Source: an uncultured Candidatus Saccharibacteria bacterium
GTDB taxonomy: Bacteria; Patescibacteriota; Minisyncoccia; Phycocordibacterales; UBA3531
Length of the DNA: 64,000 nucleotides
Assembly: GCA_964361405.1 (NCBI GenBank)
Contig: CAYIAA010000002.1
Coordinates: 5,299-69,298 of the forward strand
Direction: 5' to 3'
Under the pieces are notes generated by a model. The model did not search any database, was not told the DNA's origin, and saw only the letters and a program-made list of their open reading frames with translations. Position 1 is the first letter of the stretch. Each line of letters starts with the position of its first letter. A program made the position numbers and the translations under genes. Below, piece by piece: positions 1 through 9,690 of the stretch.

Positions 1-711
1 GTTATTGAAGCGGTGAAACACGCCTCGTGGGTTCTGGGCGCGACCCCTACCTTGGAATGGATCAATGCGGAGGATTACGAGAAAAATCCAGCGAGGGTCA
101 AAGATCTCTTGGGCTACGACGGCATTGTGGTCCCCGGCGGATTTGGGACGCGAGGCGTCGAAGGGATACTAAAAGCGATCAAATTCGCCCGCGAGAAGAA
201 AATTCCATACCTCGGCCTGTGCTATGGGATGCAGTTGGCCGTTGTGGAGTTTGCGAGGTCTGTCGTTGGTATCCATGGAGCTCACACGCGCGAAGCAGGT
301 TCGAGTGTAAAGGATGCCGTTATTGACATACTTCCGGACCAGGTTTCGAAACTCAAAGAAAAAAATTATGGCGCCACGATGCGCCTCGGTGGGTACCCGG
401 CACGACTGAAGTTGGGTACCATCGCTCGCGCGGCTTATGGCACTGACCGCACCCGTGAGCGTCACCGCCATCGTTATGAAGTGAACCCGGCCTACATTGT
501 GCGGCTTGAAAAAAAAGGCCTTGTCTTTTCCGGTATCTCTCCGGACGGACGCTTGATGGAAATTACCGAGCTCCCGAAGAGTACACACCCATTCTTTCTA
601 GGAACGCAATTTCATCCCGAGCTCACGAGCACCCCGCTCCATCCGCACCCGCTCTTCACGGCCTTTATACGCGCATCTCTTTCTCGCATACCTCGCGTAA
701 AAAAATCGTGA
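1..711 (+). CDS. pyrG: CTP synthase, C-terminal glutamine amidotransferase domain (5' partial)
   Basis: VPGGFGxRG, GLCYGMQ, RHRHRYEVN and TQFHPE motifs; frame is open from position 1. Confidence 0.97.
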   Translation, partial: VIEAVKHASWVLGATPTLEWINAEDYEKNPARVKDLLGYDGIVVPGGFGTRGVEGILKAIKFAREKKIPYLGLCYGMQLAVVEFARSVVGIHGAHTREAGSSVKDAVIDILPDQVSKLKEKNYGATMRLGGYPARLKLGTIARAAYGTDRTRERHRHRYEVNPAYIVRLEKKGLVFSGISPDGRLMEITELPKSTHPFFLGTQFHPELTSTPLHPHPLFTAFIRASLSRIPRVKKS

Positions 712-772
712 GGCGGTAAACGGAAGGCAATCAAACTTCCTTTTTTTCGTTTTTCTGCTACCGTAGAAAGAT

Positions 773-844
773 TGCCGGGTCATCTAATTGGTAGGATACA
801 TGGCTCTGAACCATGGCATCTAGGTTCGACCCCTAGCCCGGCAG
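773..844 (+). tRNA. tRNA-Gln(CTG)
   Basis: Acceptor TGCCGGG/CCCGGCA, anticodon arm CATGG-CTCTGAA-CCATG, T-arm CTAGG-TTCGACC-CCTAG. Confidence 0.95.
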
Positions 845-981
845 TTACGAAGTGTAACGGAATAATTGCCGGGCTAGGAAGGGAGGGGTTGGGAACCGTG
901 CTATGGTTCCCATGGAGGAAGGCAGCGAGTTTTCGAGCGTTGGAAAACCGTGGGTTTCCAAACCCCGTATGCCCGGCAGTT
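845..981 (+). repeat. tRNA-Gln 3' tail element with inverted and direct copies of the tRNA 3' end plus hairpins
   Basis: 867-878 TGCCGGGCTAGG is the reverse complement of 832-843; 971-981 GCCCGGCAGTT equals 836-846; hairpins at 891-911 and 940-961. Confidence 0.75.
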
Positions 982-1012
982 TTGAGTGGATGAACCTGCT
1001 ATACTGCTACGT

Positions 1013-1774
1013 ATGTTCGACCTCTCGGGGAAAGTAGCGCTGGTGACGGGGGCTCGGCGGGGGATGGGAAGGACCCACGCGCTCGCGCTCGCGTCCCAAG
1101 GAGCGCGGGTTGTCATTACGGACGTTGACTTGAACGAGTGCCAGGTCGTTTGGGACGAAGTTTCCAAGAATGGTGGCGACGCTGTCTGTTTCAAAATGGA
1201 TGTTTCGGACGCATCCGAGGTCAATCGGGTGTTCGACGAAGCAGTGCAAAAATTCGGGCGCCTCGACATTCTCGTCAATAACGCTGGTATTTACTTCTCG
1301 AAACCGGCGCTCGATCTTACCGAAGCCGAGTGGGACAAAATGATAGGCGTCAATTTGAAAGGGCAGTTCCTGTGCGCGCAACGGGCCGCAAAGGAAATGG
1401 CGAAACACACATGGGGGAGAATTATTAACATTTCCTCCGTCGCTTCGGGGCAAGTGGGCGTCGGCTTTGCCGGCGGCGCACACTACACCGCTTCGAAGGG
1501 GGGCGTGATCGGGATGAGTGAAACTCTTGCGGTTGAATGGGCCCCGTTCGGCATCAACGTGAACGTTATCGCCCCCGGAGCGATTGATACGCCGATGATA
1601 GGAGCGGCCGAGATACCGAAAGAAGCGATGGATGCGATGCTCAAGCGCGTCCCGCTGAAAAGAATCGGCCGATCGGAGGAGGTTTCTGCCATGGTCGTTT
1701 TTCTCGCTTCGGAAGAAGCGAGCTACATAACCGGTGCCACGTTCTATGTGGACGGCGGTTGGCTCGCGGTGTAA
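1013..1774 (+). CDS. Short-chain dehydrogenase/reductase (FabG/KduD-like)
   Basis: TGxxxGxG, NNAG, YTASK and VDGG motifs; ATG 1013 lies 7 nt after TGcTATACT. Confidence 0.93.
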   Translation: MFDLSGKVALVTGARRGMGRTHALALASQGARVVITDVDLNECQVVWDEVSKNGGDAVCFKMDVSDASEVNRVFDEAVQKFGRLDILVNNAGIYFSKPALDLTEAEWDKMIGVNLKGQFLCAQRAAKEMAKHTWGRIINISSVASGQVGVGFAGGAHYTASKGGVIGMSETLAVEWAPFGINVNVIAPGAIDTPMIGAAEIPKEAMDAMLKRVPLKRIGRSEEVSAMVVFLASEEASYITGATFYVDGGWLAV

Positions 1775-1848
1775 AAACTGCTTTTATTTATTATGCATTT
1801 CAGCAGAAACGTTATTACACTCCCGCTCTTCTTAGTCTCGCATAAATC

Positions 1849-2229
1849 ATGAATACATCCAGGCGGATCGTTATGTGGTCGGTCGTCGTTTTCCTTGTTG
1901 CCGTCGGTATCGGTGCGAGCGTGAGCTACAGCCGGAGACCCGGCCAATATGACTCTTTTGCCCAATGTCTAACCGAAAAAGGCGCGGTATTTTACGGCGC
2001 TTTCTGGTGCCCGCACTGCCAGAATCAAAAAGCGGCATTTGGTAAATCGGCACGCTACCTTCCCTATGTGGAGTGTTCGACGCCAGACGGCAGGGGCCAG
2101 TTTGCTCTCTGCACGGAGAGAGGTATTGAGGGGTATCCAACGTGGGAATTCTCCGATGGATCGCGTGAGTCAGGGGAAGTGACTTTCGCCAGACTCGCGG
2201 AGAAGACCGGCTGCCCCTTGCCGCAGTAG
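1849..2229 (+). CDS. Membrane-anchored thioredoxin-like dithiol oxidoreductase
   Basis: N-terminal TM, FYGAFWCPHC, YVEC and YPTW, as in the VKOR-partner Trx-like domain. Confidence 0.85.
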   Translation: MNTSRRIVMWSVVVFLVAVGIGASVSYSRRPGQYDSFAQCLTEKGAVFYGAFWCPHCQNQKAAFGKSARYLPYVECSTPDGRGQFALCTERGIEGYPTWEFSDGSRESGEVTFARLAEKTGCPLPQ

Positions 2230-2238
2230 AGTAGAGAG

Positions 2239-2796
2239 ATGACGCTTGTCTCCCTCACGAATACAGTCCTTTCTTTTGCCGCCGTGGCGGGGCAGGCAGG
2301 TATTCTTCTTCTCATCGGCCTGCTCGCATTTCGCCGGACAAGAGCACTGGAGCGTATCGGCAAAAGCGCTGTTCTGGTCTCTTTCGCCGTCGCGCTCGTG
2401 GCGACTCTCGGCAGCCTGCTTTACTCGGAAGTTATCGGTTATGAGCCGTGCAAACTCTGCTGGTTTCAGCGTATTTTCATGTACCCGGAAGTAATTCTCC
2501 TCGGCGTCGTACTTTGGAAAAAAAATGGAGCCGGTATTGTGGACGCGAGCGCAATTCTTTCTGCAATCGGAGCGGTTATTGCCGGCTATCACTATCTTCT
2601 GCAGGCCGATATCGCACCCGCGCTCCCGTGTTCCGCCACAGGGTATTTAGTCTCGTGTTCCGAACGGTTCGTGATGAGCTTCGGCTACATTACGATTCCG
2701 TTGATGACATTCACGGCCTTTGTGTTCATCACCCTCTTGCTCGTCATCTCAAAAATCCACGAGAAATCTGGTAAGGTGGCGAATATCCAGCGATAA
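2239..2796 (+). CDS. Disulfide bond formation protein DsbB/BdbC family
   Basis: YSE..EPCKLCWFQRIFMYP, a second Cys pair, multiple TMs. Confidence 0.9.
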   Translation: MTLVSLTNTVLSFAAVAGQAGILLLIGLLAFRRTRALERIGKSAVLVSFAVALVATLGSLLYSEVIGYEPCKLCWFQRIFMYPEVILLGVVLWKKNGAGIVDASAILSAIGAVIAGYHYLLQADIAPALPCSATGYLVSCSERFVMSFGYITIPLMTFTAFVFITLLLVISKIHEKSGKVANIQR

Positions 2797-2867
2797 GCCG
2801 CATAGACACAGAAATTTGAAATAGAGAACGCTTATAGTATTCTAAAATAATCATTCGATACCTCAAA

Positions 2868-3413
2868 TTGTTTTCCGTTCTCGTTCTCGTTGTGGCGCTC
2901 GCGTTCGTGACGATTTTTCTTGACCCCGGGCAAGTAGTCCCGGAGCTCGGGGTTCGAAACGTCTATGTGCTGACGTTTTTCCTCGCCGCCTTGGGCGGCG
3001 TGTCCGCGTTCACTGCGGCTGGATATTACTCAACGCTTTTTGCGCTTGCGCTTGGCGGGGCGAACCCCCTTATCTTGGCGCTCCTCTCCGCGCCCGGAGT
3101 CCTCATCGGCGATCTCGTTTTCTGGTACCTCGGACGGGCGGGGAAGCCGATCGCTGAAGCAGTTTTGAGTAAGCCGCTCCGCTCAATCCTTCGTTTTACG
3201 GAGCGGCAACCGCGACCGATGATTCCCATTTTTGTGTACATCTACACCGGACTCACGCCGCTTCCGGGCGATTTTCTAATGATCTCGCTTGCCATAATCG
3301 GCTACCCGCTCCGGAAGATTCTCATCCCGATTCTCCTCGGCAACTTTACGCTTGCGCTGATCGTCTCACTCTCCGCCGCCTACGGAGTCACGTTTGCCCG
3401 CTCTCTTTTTTAG
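2868..3413 (+). CDS. Integral membrane protein, DedA/VTT-like
   Basis: Hydrophobic; GDLVFWYLGR and TPLPGD resemble VTT motifs; start uncertain. Confidence 0.55.
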   Translation: MFSVLVLVVALAFVTIFLDPGQVVPELGVRNVYVLTFFLAALGGVSAFTAAGYYSTLFALALGGANPLILALLSAPGVLIGDLVFWYLGRAGKPIAEAVLSKPLRSILRFTERQPRPMIPIFVYIYTGLTPLPGDFLMISLAIIGYPLRKILIPILLGNFTLALIVSLSAAYGVTFARSLF

Positions 3414-3535
3414 TCCGCGCTGTATGAATTCCGCATGTTTGTCGTTAGAGGAAGAGATTGCTAACACAAACTTCTTGAAGAGTAATATTTATGTATGTTA
3501 ATCTGATGTAGTCTATAAACTAAAATCAAAAAAAT

Positions 3536-4084
3536 ATGTTTGACGTTACACCCCAAACCCCCACTCATATACCCGAAGTTATATTTAAAACTCGTGTAAG
3601 GGATGAATCGGTAGGCGGAGAAAATCCATATCGCTGGCAGGATGTCAAAAGCGGAGAAATATTCAGTGGAAAAAAAGTAGTAGTGTTTGCTTTGCCGGGA
3701 GCTTTCACGCCAACATGCTCATCTACTCACTTGCCCGGCTACGAGTCACAGTATGATGAACTTAAAAAGCACGTTGCCGAAGTGTATTGTCTGTCCGTAA
3801 ATGATGCTTTTGTTATGAATAAATGGGGCAAGGATCAGGGAGTGACCAAGGTCAAACTTTTGCCCGATGGATCTGGCGAATTTACTAAAGCTATGGGAAT
3901 GCTAGTCAAAAAAGACAACTTAGGCTTCGGCGAGCGTTCTTGGCGATACAGCATGTATGTCGATAACGGTGAGATTAAAAAAGTATTTGCCGAAGCGGGG
4001 TTCGGTGACAACTGCCCAACTGATCCATTTGAAGTGAGTGATGCCGACACGATGCGTACATATCTTGAGAGCCAAAAAACGTAA
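3536..4084 (+). CDS. Peroxiredoxin (Prx5/redoxin type)
   Basis: LPGAFTPTCS, VNDAFVM and RSWRYSM motifs. Confidence 0.95.
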   Translation: MFDVTPQTPTHIPEVIFKTRVRDESVGGENPYRWQDVKSGEIFSGKKVVVFALPGAFTPTCSSTHLPGYESQYDELKKHVAEVYCLSVNDAFVMNKWGKDQGVTKVKLLPDGSGEFTKAMGMLVKKDNLGFGERSWRYSMYVDNGEIKKVFAEAGFGDNCPTDPFEVSDADTMRTYLESQKT

Positions 4085-4380
4085 ACACATACATAGCACA
4101 GAAAGAAGAAATTAGCGTAGTACCAGAAAAAATTACAGACATTTCTATTTCGTACGAGGGCGGCATTCGTTAGGATTTTGAGCAGTTGTGGATTTTTGAA
4201 TACTGCCGTACTCTTTTTTGTATGGGACCTCTGGCTTCAAACGGGAGGCCTCGGACACCCAAAGACTTCGCGGGGCAGAGGCGCGTAGTTTTCTTTGACA
4301 AGCCACTCTATTGGGCAATTCACGATCGTTTCTGTCGGGAAGGATGACATTCGGAAGATTATCGCCGCCGCCTGGTTATT

Positions 4381-5031
4381 ATGAAACAACTCATCGATCA
4401 TCTCGTTGTATCTGGTGTCTTAAAAAGCCGGAGTATTATCAATGCGTTTCAATGTATAGATCGCGCGGATTTCGTGCCCGATGAATTTCGCGACAGCGCG
4501 TATGTCGACGAGCCTCTTCCGATCGGCTTCGGCCAAACAATCTCCCAGCCGTGGACCGTTGCCTTTATGCTTGAACTTTTAGCCCCCGAGCCTGGCGAGT
4601 GCATCCTTGACGTAGGGTTGGGGTCGGGCTGGCAGACCGCGCTTCTTGCCTACATCGTCTCGCATAGCCGCGAGGGTACCGAACTCCCGGAAAATCGATA
4701 CGGCCAGGTAATTGGCATTGAAGTGATTCCCGAACTTGCCCGTCGGGGTCGGGAAAATCTCTTTAAGTATAATTTCATCAAACGCGGAATTGTCGAGATC
4801 CACTGTTTAAATGCGGTGAAGGGATACCCTGGCGTTCGTAAGTTCGATCGCATTATCGCAGCCGCTTCCGCCACGGAAGTACCCGATGCATGGAAGAGCC
4901 AAGTAAAAATCGGCGGGCGTATCGTAGCTCCCATTGATTCGCATATCGTGGTTATGAAAAAAGAAAATCAAAAGGATTTTACAACCGAGCGACACGAAGG
5001 ATTTGCATTCGTTCCATTCGTGGAAAAATGA
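4381..5031 (+). CDS. pcm: Protein-L-isoaspartate O-methyltransferase
   Basis: GQTISQP, LDVGLGSGW, FDRII, C-terminal FVP. Confidence 0.93.
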   Translation: MKQLIDHLVVSGVLKSRSIINAFQCIDRADFVPDEFRDSAYVDEPLPIGFGQTISQPWTVAFMLELLAPEPGECILDVGLGSGWQTALLAYIVSHSREGTELPENRYGQVIGIEVIPELARRGRENLFKYNFIKRGIVEIHCLNAVKGYPGVRKFDRIIAAASATEVPDAWKSQVKIGGRIVAPIDSHIVVMKKENQKDFTTERHEGFAFVPFVEK

Positions 5032-5564
5032 ATCGCGTAACTTTCAGACGACGCCTTACAGGAGAAAATACGCCCGCTCTCGCACGATTTCTTCTCGGGA
5101 AATATCTCGTGCGGCGAGTGAATGGACGCACTATTTCCTCCATGATTACCGAGGTCGAGGCCTACGATGGGAGAGAAGACAAGGCGTCACACGCCCATCG
5201 AGGGAAAACGAAAAGAAATAAGGTAATGTTTGGTCCTTCGGGTCGGTGGTATGTATACCTCGTCTATGGGATGCACTACATGGTGAATGTGGTAACCGGC
5301 CCTGTTGACTACCCGGCCGCGATTTTAATTCGCGGTGTTCTCGCCGTGAATGGGCCAGGGAGAGTTGCGCGACATTTTCACGTGGGTAGTGGTATGAATG
5401 ACAAGCCAATCAACCGTTCATCCGGTTTTTACATTCTTGACCGTGGTACGAGAATTCGCAAAGCCTCTATTTATCAGGGGAGAAGAATCGGCGTTCAGTA
5501 TGCCGGTCGTAAGTGGGCAGGGAAACCACTCCGATTTTTCATCACCGAAGGTATTGACGGATAG
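5028..5564 (+). CDS. DNA-3-methyladenine glycosylase (MPG family)
   Basis: ITEVEAY, DKASH, YVYLVYGMH, AILIRG, NGPG. Confidence 0.93.
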   Translation: MNRVTFRRRLTGENTPALARFLLGKYLVRRVNGRTISSMITEVEAYDGREDKASHAHRGKTKRNKVMFGPSGRWYVYLVYGMHYMVNVVTGPVDYPAAILIRGVLAVNGPGRVARHFHVGSGMNDKPINRSSGFYILDRGTRIRKASIYQGRRIGVQYAGRKWAGKPLRFFITEGIDG

Positions 5565-5623
5565 AGATAAATATACTAGAGTTTTCTTGGAGATTGTTCT
5601 AACCAAAAAGGGGGGGAATCCGT

Positions 5624-5923
5624 ATGTGCGATGCCATATTTCCGGAGGTTCTCGAAAAGCTTCGGAGAGAATGGAGGGAAAAGTCGGTAACTGTCGTCGG
5701 GAACGGCGAGATTATTGCGGGCCGCGTGGGGACATTCGAGATCAAGGACAATCTCGACGCTTTCGTGGTCATCACGAACTGCCGGTTTTGTCCCCAGTCG
5801 GGGGGTGATTGGCAGCCGACCGACTTGAGGGTTTATTCAGGGAAGATCACTGGTGTCGCCTGGAAAGATTTCAGCGGTGTTTCAAAATTCGAAGTGGGGG
5901 AGTACCGACTGGAAGTCCGGTGA
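5624..5923 (+). CDS. Hypothetical orphan protein (cassette A)
   Basis: TTGACG-N17-TAGAGT at 5554-5582, G-rich SD, followed by a terminator. Confidence 0.6.
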   Translation: MCDAIFPEVLEKLRREWREKSVTVVGNGEIIAGRVGTFEIKDNLDAFVVITNCRFCPQSGGDWQPTDLRVYSGKITGVAWKDFSGVSKFEVGEYRLEVR

Positions 5924-5927
5924 GACT

Positions 5928-5967
5928 CTGCCCCATGATTCCAACAGGAATCATGGGGCAGTTTATT
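5928..5967 (+). terminator. Intrinsic terminator, 15-bp stem
   Basis: CTGCCCCATGATTCC-AACA-GGAATCATGGGGCAG followed by TTTATT. Confidence 0.85.
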
Positions 5968-6011
5968 ATATTGAACCCTATATGTGTTAAAATTATATCT
6001 AATTCATAAGT

Positions 6012-7751
6012 ATGCCCGCAGGATTCATTGAGCTCACTCTGGTTATCGTTGTGGCGACTGTGCTCGGAATACTCGCGCGCCTCGCTCGTCAACCAACCGT
6101 ACTCGCCTATCTCTTTGCGGGTGTTTTGATTGGATACTTTAATTTTTTTAATGTTGCCGACCGCGAAACGTTTCAAGTCTTCGCTGACCTCGGCATCATG
6201 TTCCTCCTTTTCCTCGTTGGACTCGAGGTAAATTACCGCTCGCTCAAACTTGTCGGTTGGGGGTCGGCGATGATTGGTCTTATCCAGATAGTTGTTTCTG
6301 TAGCGGCGGGATATATCCTCGCGCGCTTCTTTGGCTACAGCCCTCTTGTCTCGAGCTACATTGCCGCCGCGGTTTCGTTTTCAAGCACTATCATTACGGT
6401 AAAAATTCTCTCGGATAAAGGAGACTTGAATAGTCTCTACGGCAAAATTGCGATTGGCGTTCTCCTTTTTCAAGATGTTTGTGCAGTTTTGATCTTGGTT
6501 GTTCTCACTGGTTTTGCCCCTCTTGTTCTTGAGGGTGCTGGGAGCGGATTTGGACTCGCTACCAAAGTCGCGCAAACACTTATCGGAGGCATACTGCTTT
6601 TTGTCGTCGCCTTCTATGCAAGTAAGAATGTAGTACCCAGATTTTTTCAATTTATTGCACGCTCACCCGAACTCCTATTTCTCGCGAGTCTCGCCTGGGT
6701 ATTTCTTTTCGCGAGCATCACCGGTCTCCTCGGCTTTCCTGTCGCTATCGGAGGACTCCTTGCGGGAATCACACTCGCGAATTCCTATGAACATTTTCAG
6801 ATAGCAAACCGTGTGCGCCCACTCCGCGACTTTTTTCTACTCATTTTTTTCGCGATTCTCGGTTCTTCGGTCGTACTCTCTAGTTTCACAGGAATCGTCG
6901 GAACCATCGTCGTATTTTCGGCACTCGTTCTTATTGGGAAGCCGATTATCGTATTTTTCGCAAGCTCACTCATGGGATACCGTAAACGCCCCTCGTTTCT
7001 TTCCGGAATTGCACTTGGACAGATTTCTGAATTCAGTCTCATTCTCGCCGCGGCGGGATATCAACTGGGGCACTTATCTTCGGATGTGGTGGCGCTTATA
7101 ACCGCCGTTGGCATTGTGACAATTACGGTTTCGACATACATAGAAACGGGAGGAGAGTCACTCTATGCCAGACTGAACCCATATATTTCCTTTTTTGAGA
7201 GAGGGGGGATTCGTGATGTCCGTAGCGAGAGCACTCCGCGAGGCAGTATCGTGCTTATCGGTTTCCACCGGACTGGGAGAAGTATTGCCGATGCTCTCGG
7301 GGTTCGCTCAGATCTTCTGGTAATCGACTTCGATCCCGAAGCGGTAGGAGTACTTAAAGAGCGGGGAATTGCTTTCGTCTTTGGAGATATGACTGATCCG
7401 GACATTATTGAACGAGCGTACCTCCGCAACGCGAAACTGGTTATTTCAACGAGCCCCGACATTGAGTCGAATGTGATGCTCTTACACGCGCTCAAGCGCA
7501 GAGAAGGTACAGGAGATCTTGCCCGAGGGGTTCCTCGGATTATTACGCGCGCCCGAACTGACCATGAAGCAGAAGCGCTCTATGAAGCTGGCGCGGATTA
7601 TGTGCTCCTTCCGCATGCCGCTGCCGGCGAGTATCTTGGACACTCCATCACCCATGACCCTGAACTTCGATTTATCGACAAGGCACGGCGTGGGACGGGA
7701 GTTGCCCCAGCAAAGAAACCCAACCTCTCGCCGCGGGGGAGTTATTTTTAG
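6012..7751 (+). CDS. CPA2 (Kef-type) cation:proton antiporter with TrkA-N domain
   Basis: LGIMFLLFLVGLE, SSTI, QD and QISEFS motifs; C-terminal GFHRTG and GD RCK domain. Confidence 0.92.
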   Translation: MPAGFIELTLVIVVATVLGILARLARQPTVLAYLFAGVLIGYFNFFNVADRETFQVFADLGIMFLLFLVGLEVNYRSLKLVGWGSAMIGLIQIVVSVAAGYILARFFGYSPLVSSYIAAAVSFSSTIITVKILSDKGDLNSLYGKIAIGVLLFQDVCAVLILVVLTGFAPLVLEGAGSGFGLATKVAQTLIGGILLFVVAFYASKNVVPRFFQFIARSPELLFLASLAWVFLFASITGLLGFPVAIGGLLAGITLANSYEHFQIANRVRPLRDFFLLIFFAILGSSVVLSSFTGIVGTIVVFSALVLIGKPIIVFFASSLMGYRKRPSFLSGIALGQISEFSLILAAAGYQLGHLSSDVVALITAVGIVTITVSTYIETGGESLYARLNPYISFFERGGIRDVRSESTPRGSIVLIGFHRTGRSIADALGVRSDLLVIDFDPEAVGVLKERGIAFVFGDMTDPDIIERAYLRNAKLVISTSPDIESNVMLLHALKRREGTGDLARGVPRIITRARTDHEAEALYEAGADYVLLPHAAAGEYLGHSITHDPELRFIDKARRGTGVAPAKKPNLSPRGSYF

Positions 7752-7754
7752 AGT

Positions 7755-8012
7755 ATGCAAGGAAAATTTAAAGAACGTGTACTTCGGATTGTAGAGCGTA
7801 TTCCGCGCGGGAGTGTTTTAAGTTATCAAGAAGTTGCGAAGAGGGCGGGAAATTCCCGTGCGGCGAGGGCCGTAGGGAATATTATGGCTGCGAATGAGAG
7901 TTCGGATATTCCTTGCCACCGAGTCATCCGATCAGATGGTACACACGGCGGATACCGGAGGGGAACGAAAAAGAAAATAGAGATGCTTCGGAAAGAAAAC
8001 GCGCTATACTAA
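7755..8012 (+). CDS. O6-alkylguanine-DNA alkyltransferase (MGMT), DNA-binding domain only
   Basis: ARAVG and IPCHRVI active-site motif. Confidence 0.9.
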   Translation: MQGKFKERVLRIVERIPRGSVLSYQEVAKRAGNSRAARAVGNIMAANESSDIPCHRVIRSDGTHGGYRRGTKKKIEMLRKENALY

Positions 8013-8016
8013 TTCC

Positions 8017-9690
8017 ATGACTTTGTTCTCGAGAGTGAATACCTCGGAGAGAGTGTCCGCACTCCTCATTATTTTTTTCTTGATTGCGCCGCTTCTTGTG
8101 GTGAGTACACCACAAGAAGTCGGAGCGGTTGGGGGAGGCACTTTCACCGATGGAGAGATTATAGACCTCGCAAGACCAGGCGCTGTACGCATTATTACGC
8201 ATGCGCGAGGAACTGCCATCTACAAACCATTTTTTATTGACTTAAATACACTCAATCCGTACACGAATCCGGAACGCGACAGCATTCGAATTTCCTTTGA
8301 CGAATACATTGTCGGTTCAGGCGTACTTGTCAGTTCCAATGGCCACATTTTAACGCTTCTCGGCACGGCGGGTAGGGCGGGTGCGGAGATGAAAGTAGTG
8401 TCCGGAATCGCTCGCGGCGTTCTCGAAGATGAAGTTCGACAGCTTAGCCCGGCGGATCTCGCGGAATTTGAGAGAACGATTTCCGAAGAGGAAAACCAGG
8501 TTCTGATGCGCACACTCCTCTCGCGCATTGAATTTCTTGATGTGATAGAGGAGGTACGGGTGGTTTCATACGAGCACTCTGAAGGTGAAATCCCGGAAAT
8601 ATTTGAAAATGCTATTCCCGCTAAGGTAATCAAAGTAGGTGAATTCTCTACAGAAGAGTATGACGCGTATGTGGTGTTAAAAGTCGAGAAAGAAAACTCT
8701 CACGCTTTGCCGCTTCTTGGTATTTCTAATGGAGTTCTGGGTGGAGAGGATTTAATCGGGACAGCGGTATATGCTTTCCAATTTGGGAATCCAAAGAGAG
8801 GTGAAGGTGGTCGCATTCTCGCACTAGAGCTCAAGCGGGGAGTACTCGATTCTTCTGGGGATCCCAACCTACTAAAAACTTCAATCACACTTGATGAAGG
8901 GTCACGATCTGGACCGATTTTTGATGAGACAGGGGTGGTTCGCGGGCTCGTGAGTTTCCCTTTGCCCGCGGCCTATTCTTCCTTGGAGAAGAGAGAGGCC
9001 CTCTCTGTACCCATCGGTCTCGCGCGGAGCGTACTTGAAGCCGCCGGAGTTAGTGCCGAAGCGGGTGAGTATTATTCTTACCTAAAGAGTGGACTCGAGT
9101 ATTTACATGAGCGTTCCTGTGATCAGGCGATTCAATCCTTCGAAGAAGCGAAGAAGGTGACAGGAAATTTTGTTTCGGGTGGTGCTCTAGACTCTTATAT
9201 CCACACATGTAGCGAGCTAATCGGGCGCGGCAATTCACTCGACACTCTTTGGGACTCTTTCACCGAATTCCTTGGACGACTTGGACCAAGCATTTGGTTA
9301 CTCATTTTTGGTGCTCTCGTTACGGTGCTTCTCATTGCCTCAGTCGCTATGCGTTTAAAGAAAGAAGAAGTGCCCCAATCATCTCGAGAGGGGTCTATAC
9401 GTCGTGGTCTCTCAGGTAGTGCAGTGCTCAATCCGAAAGAGGAGAAGAATGAGGCGGCACAACCTGAGAAAGCGAAAGCCAGAGAGAGAGAAGTGTCTCC
9501 GGCGGACTTAGATGCGGAGGCGTCGCGGGAGATATCTACGTTAAAGCCGGAGAAGATTGACCGTTATGTTATCAATATGAAAAATGCCGGAATGGGCGAA
9601 GACACCATCATCGAACAGCTTCAACGCATCGGCTTTTCACAGGAGCAAATCTACGAAGCGGTAGTGAAGCCGCATTTCAGAGCGCGTTAA
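8017..9690 (+). CDS. Membrane-anchored trypsin-fold protein, apparently catalytically degenerate
   Basis: GSGVLVSSNGHILT and GSRSGPIFD..G.V.GL resemble the trypsin_2 scaffold; signal peptide, TPR-like helix pair, TM, cytoplasmic tail. Confidence 0.65.
   Translation: MTLFSRVNTSERVSALLIIFFLIAPLLVVSTPQEVGAVGGGTFTDGEIIDLARPGAVRIITHARGTAIYKPFFIDLNTLNPYTNPERDSIRISFDEYIVGSGVLVSSNGHILTLLGTAGRAGAEMKVVSGIARGVLEDEVRQLSPADLAEFERTISEEENQVLMRTLLSRIEFLDVIEEVRVVSYEHSEGEIPEIFENAIPAKVIKVGEFSTEEYDAYVVLKVEKENSHALPLLGISNGVLGGEDLIGTAVYAFQFGNPKRGEGGRILALELKRGVLDSSGDPNLLKTSITLDEGSRSGPIFDETGVVRGLVSFPLPAAYSSLEKREALSVPIGLARSVLEAAGVSAEAGEYYSYLKSGLEYLHERSCDQAIQSFEEAKKVTGNFVSGGALDSYIHTCSELIGRGNSLDTLWDSFTEFLGRLGPSIWLLIFGALVTVLLIASVAMRLKKEEVPQSSREGSIRRGLSGSAVLNPKEEKNEAAQPEKAKAREREVSPADLDAEASREISTLKPEKIDRYVINMKNAGMGEDTIIEQLQRIGFSQEQIYEAVVKPHFRAR

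Noticed and set aside
4090-4380. Intergenic gap containing TTCTTTGACA, possible gene remnant or ncRNA
   Set aside because: No convincing ORF, fold or homology recognisable by eye
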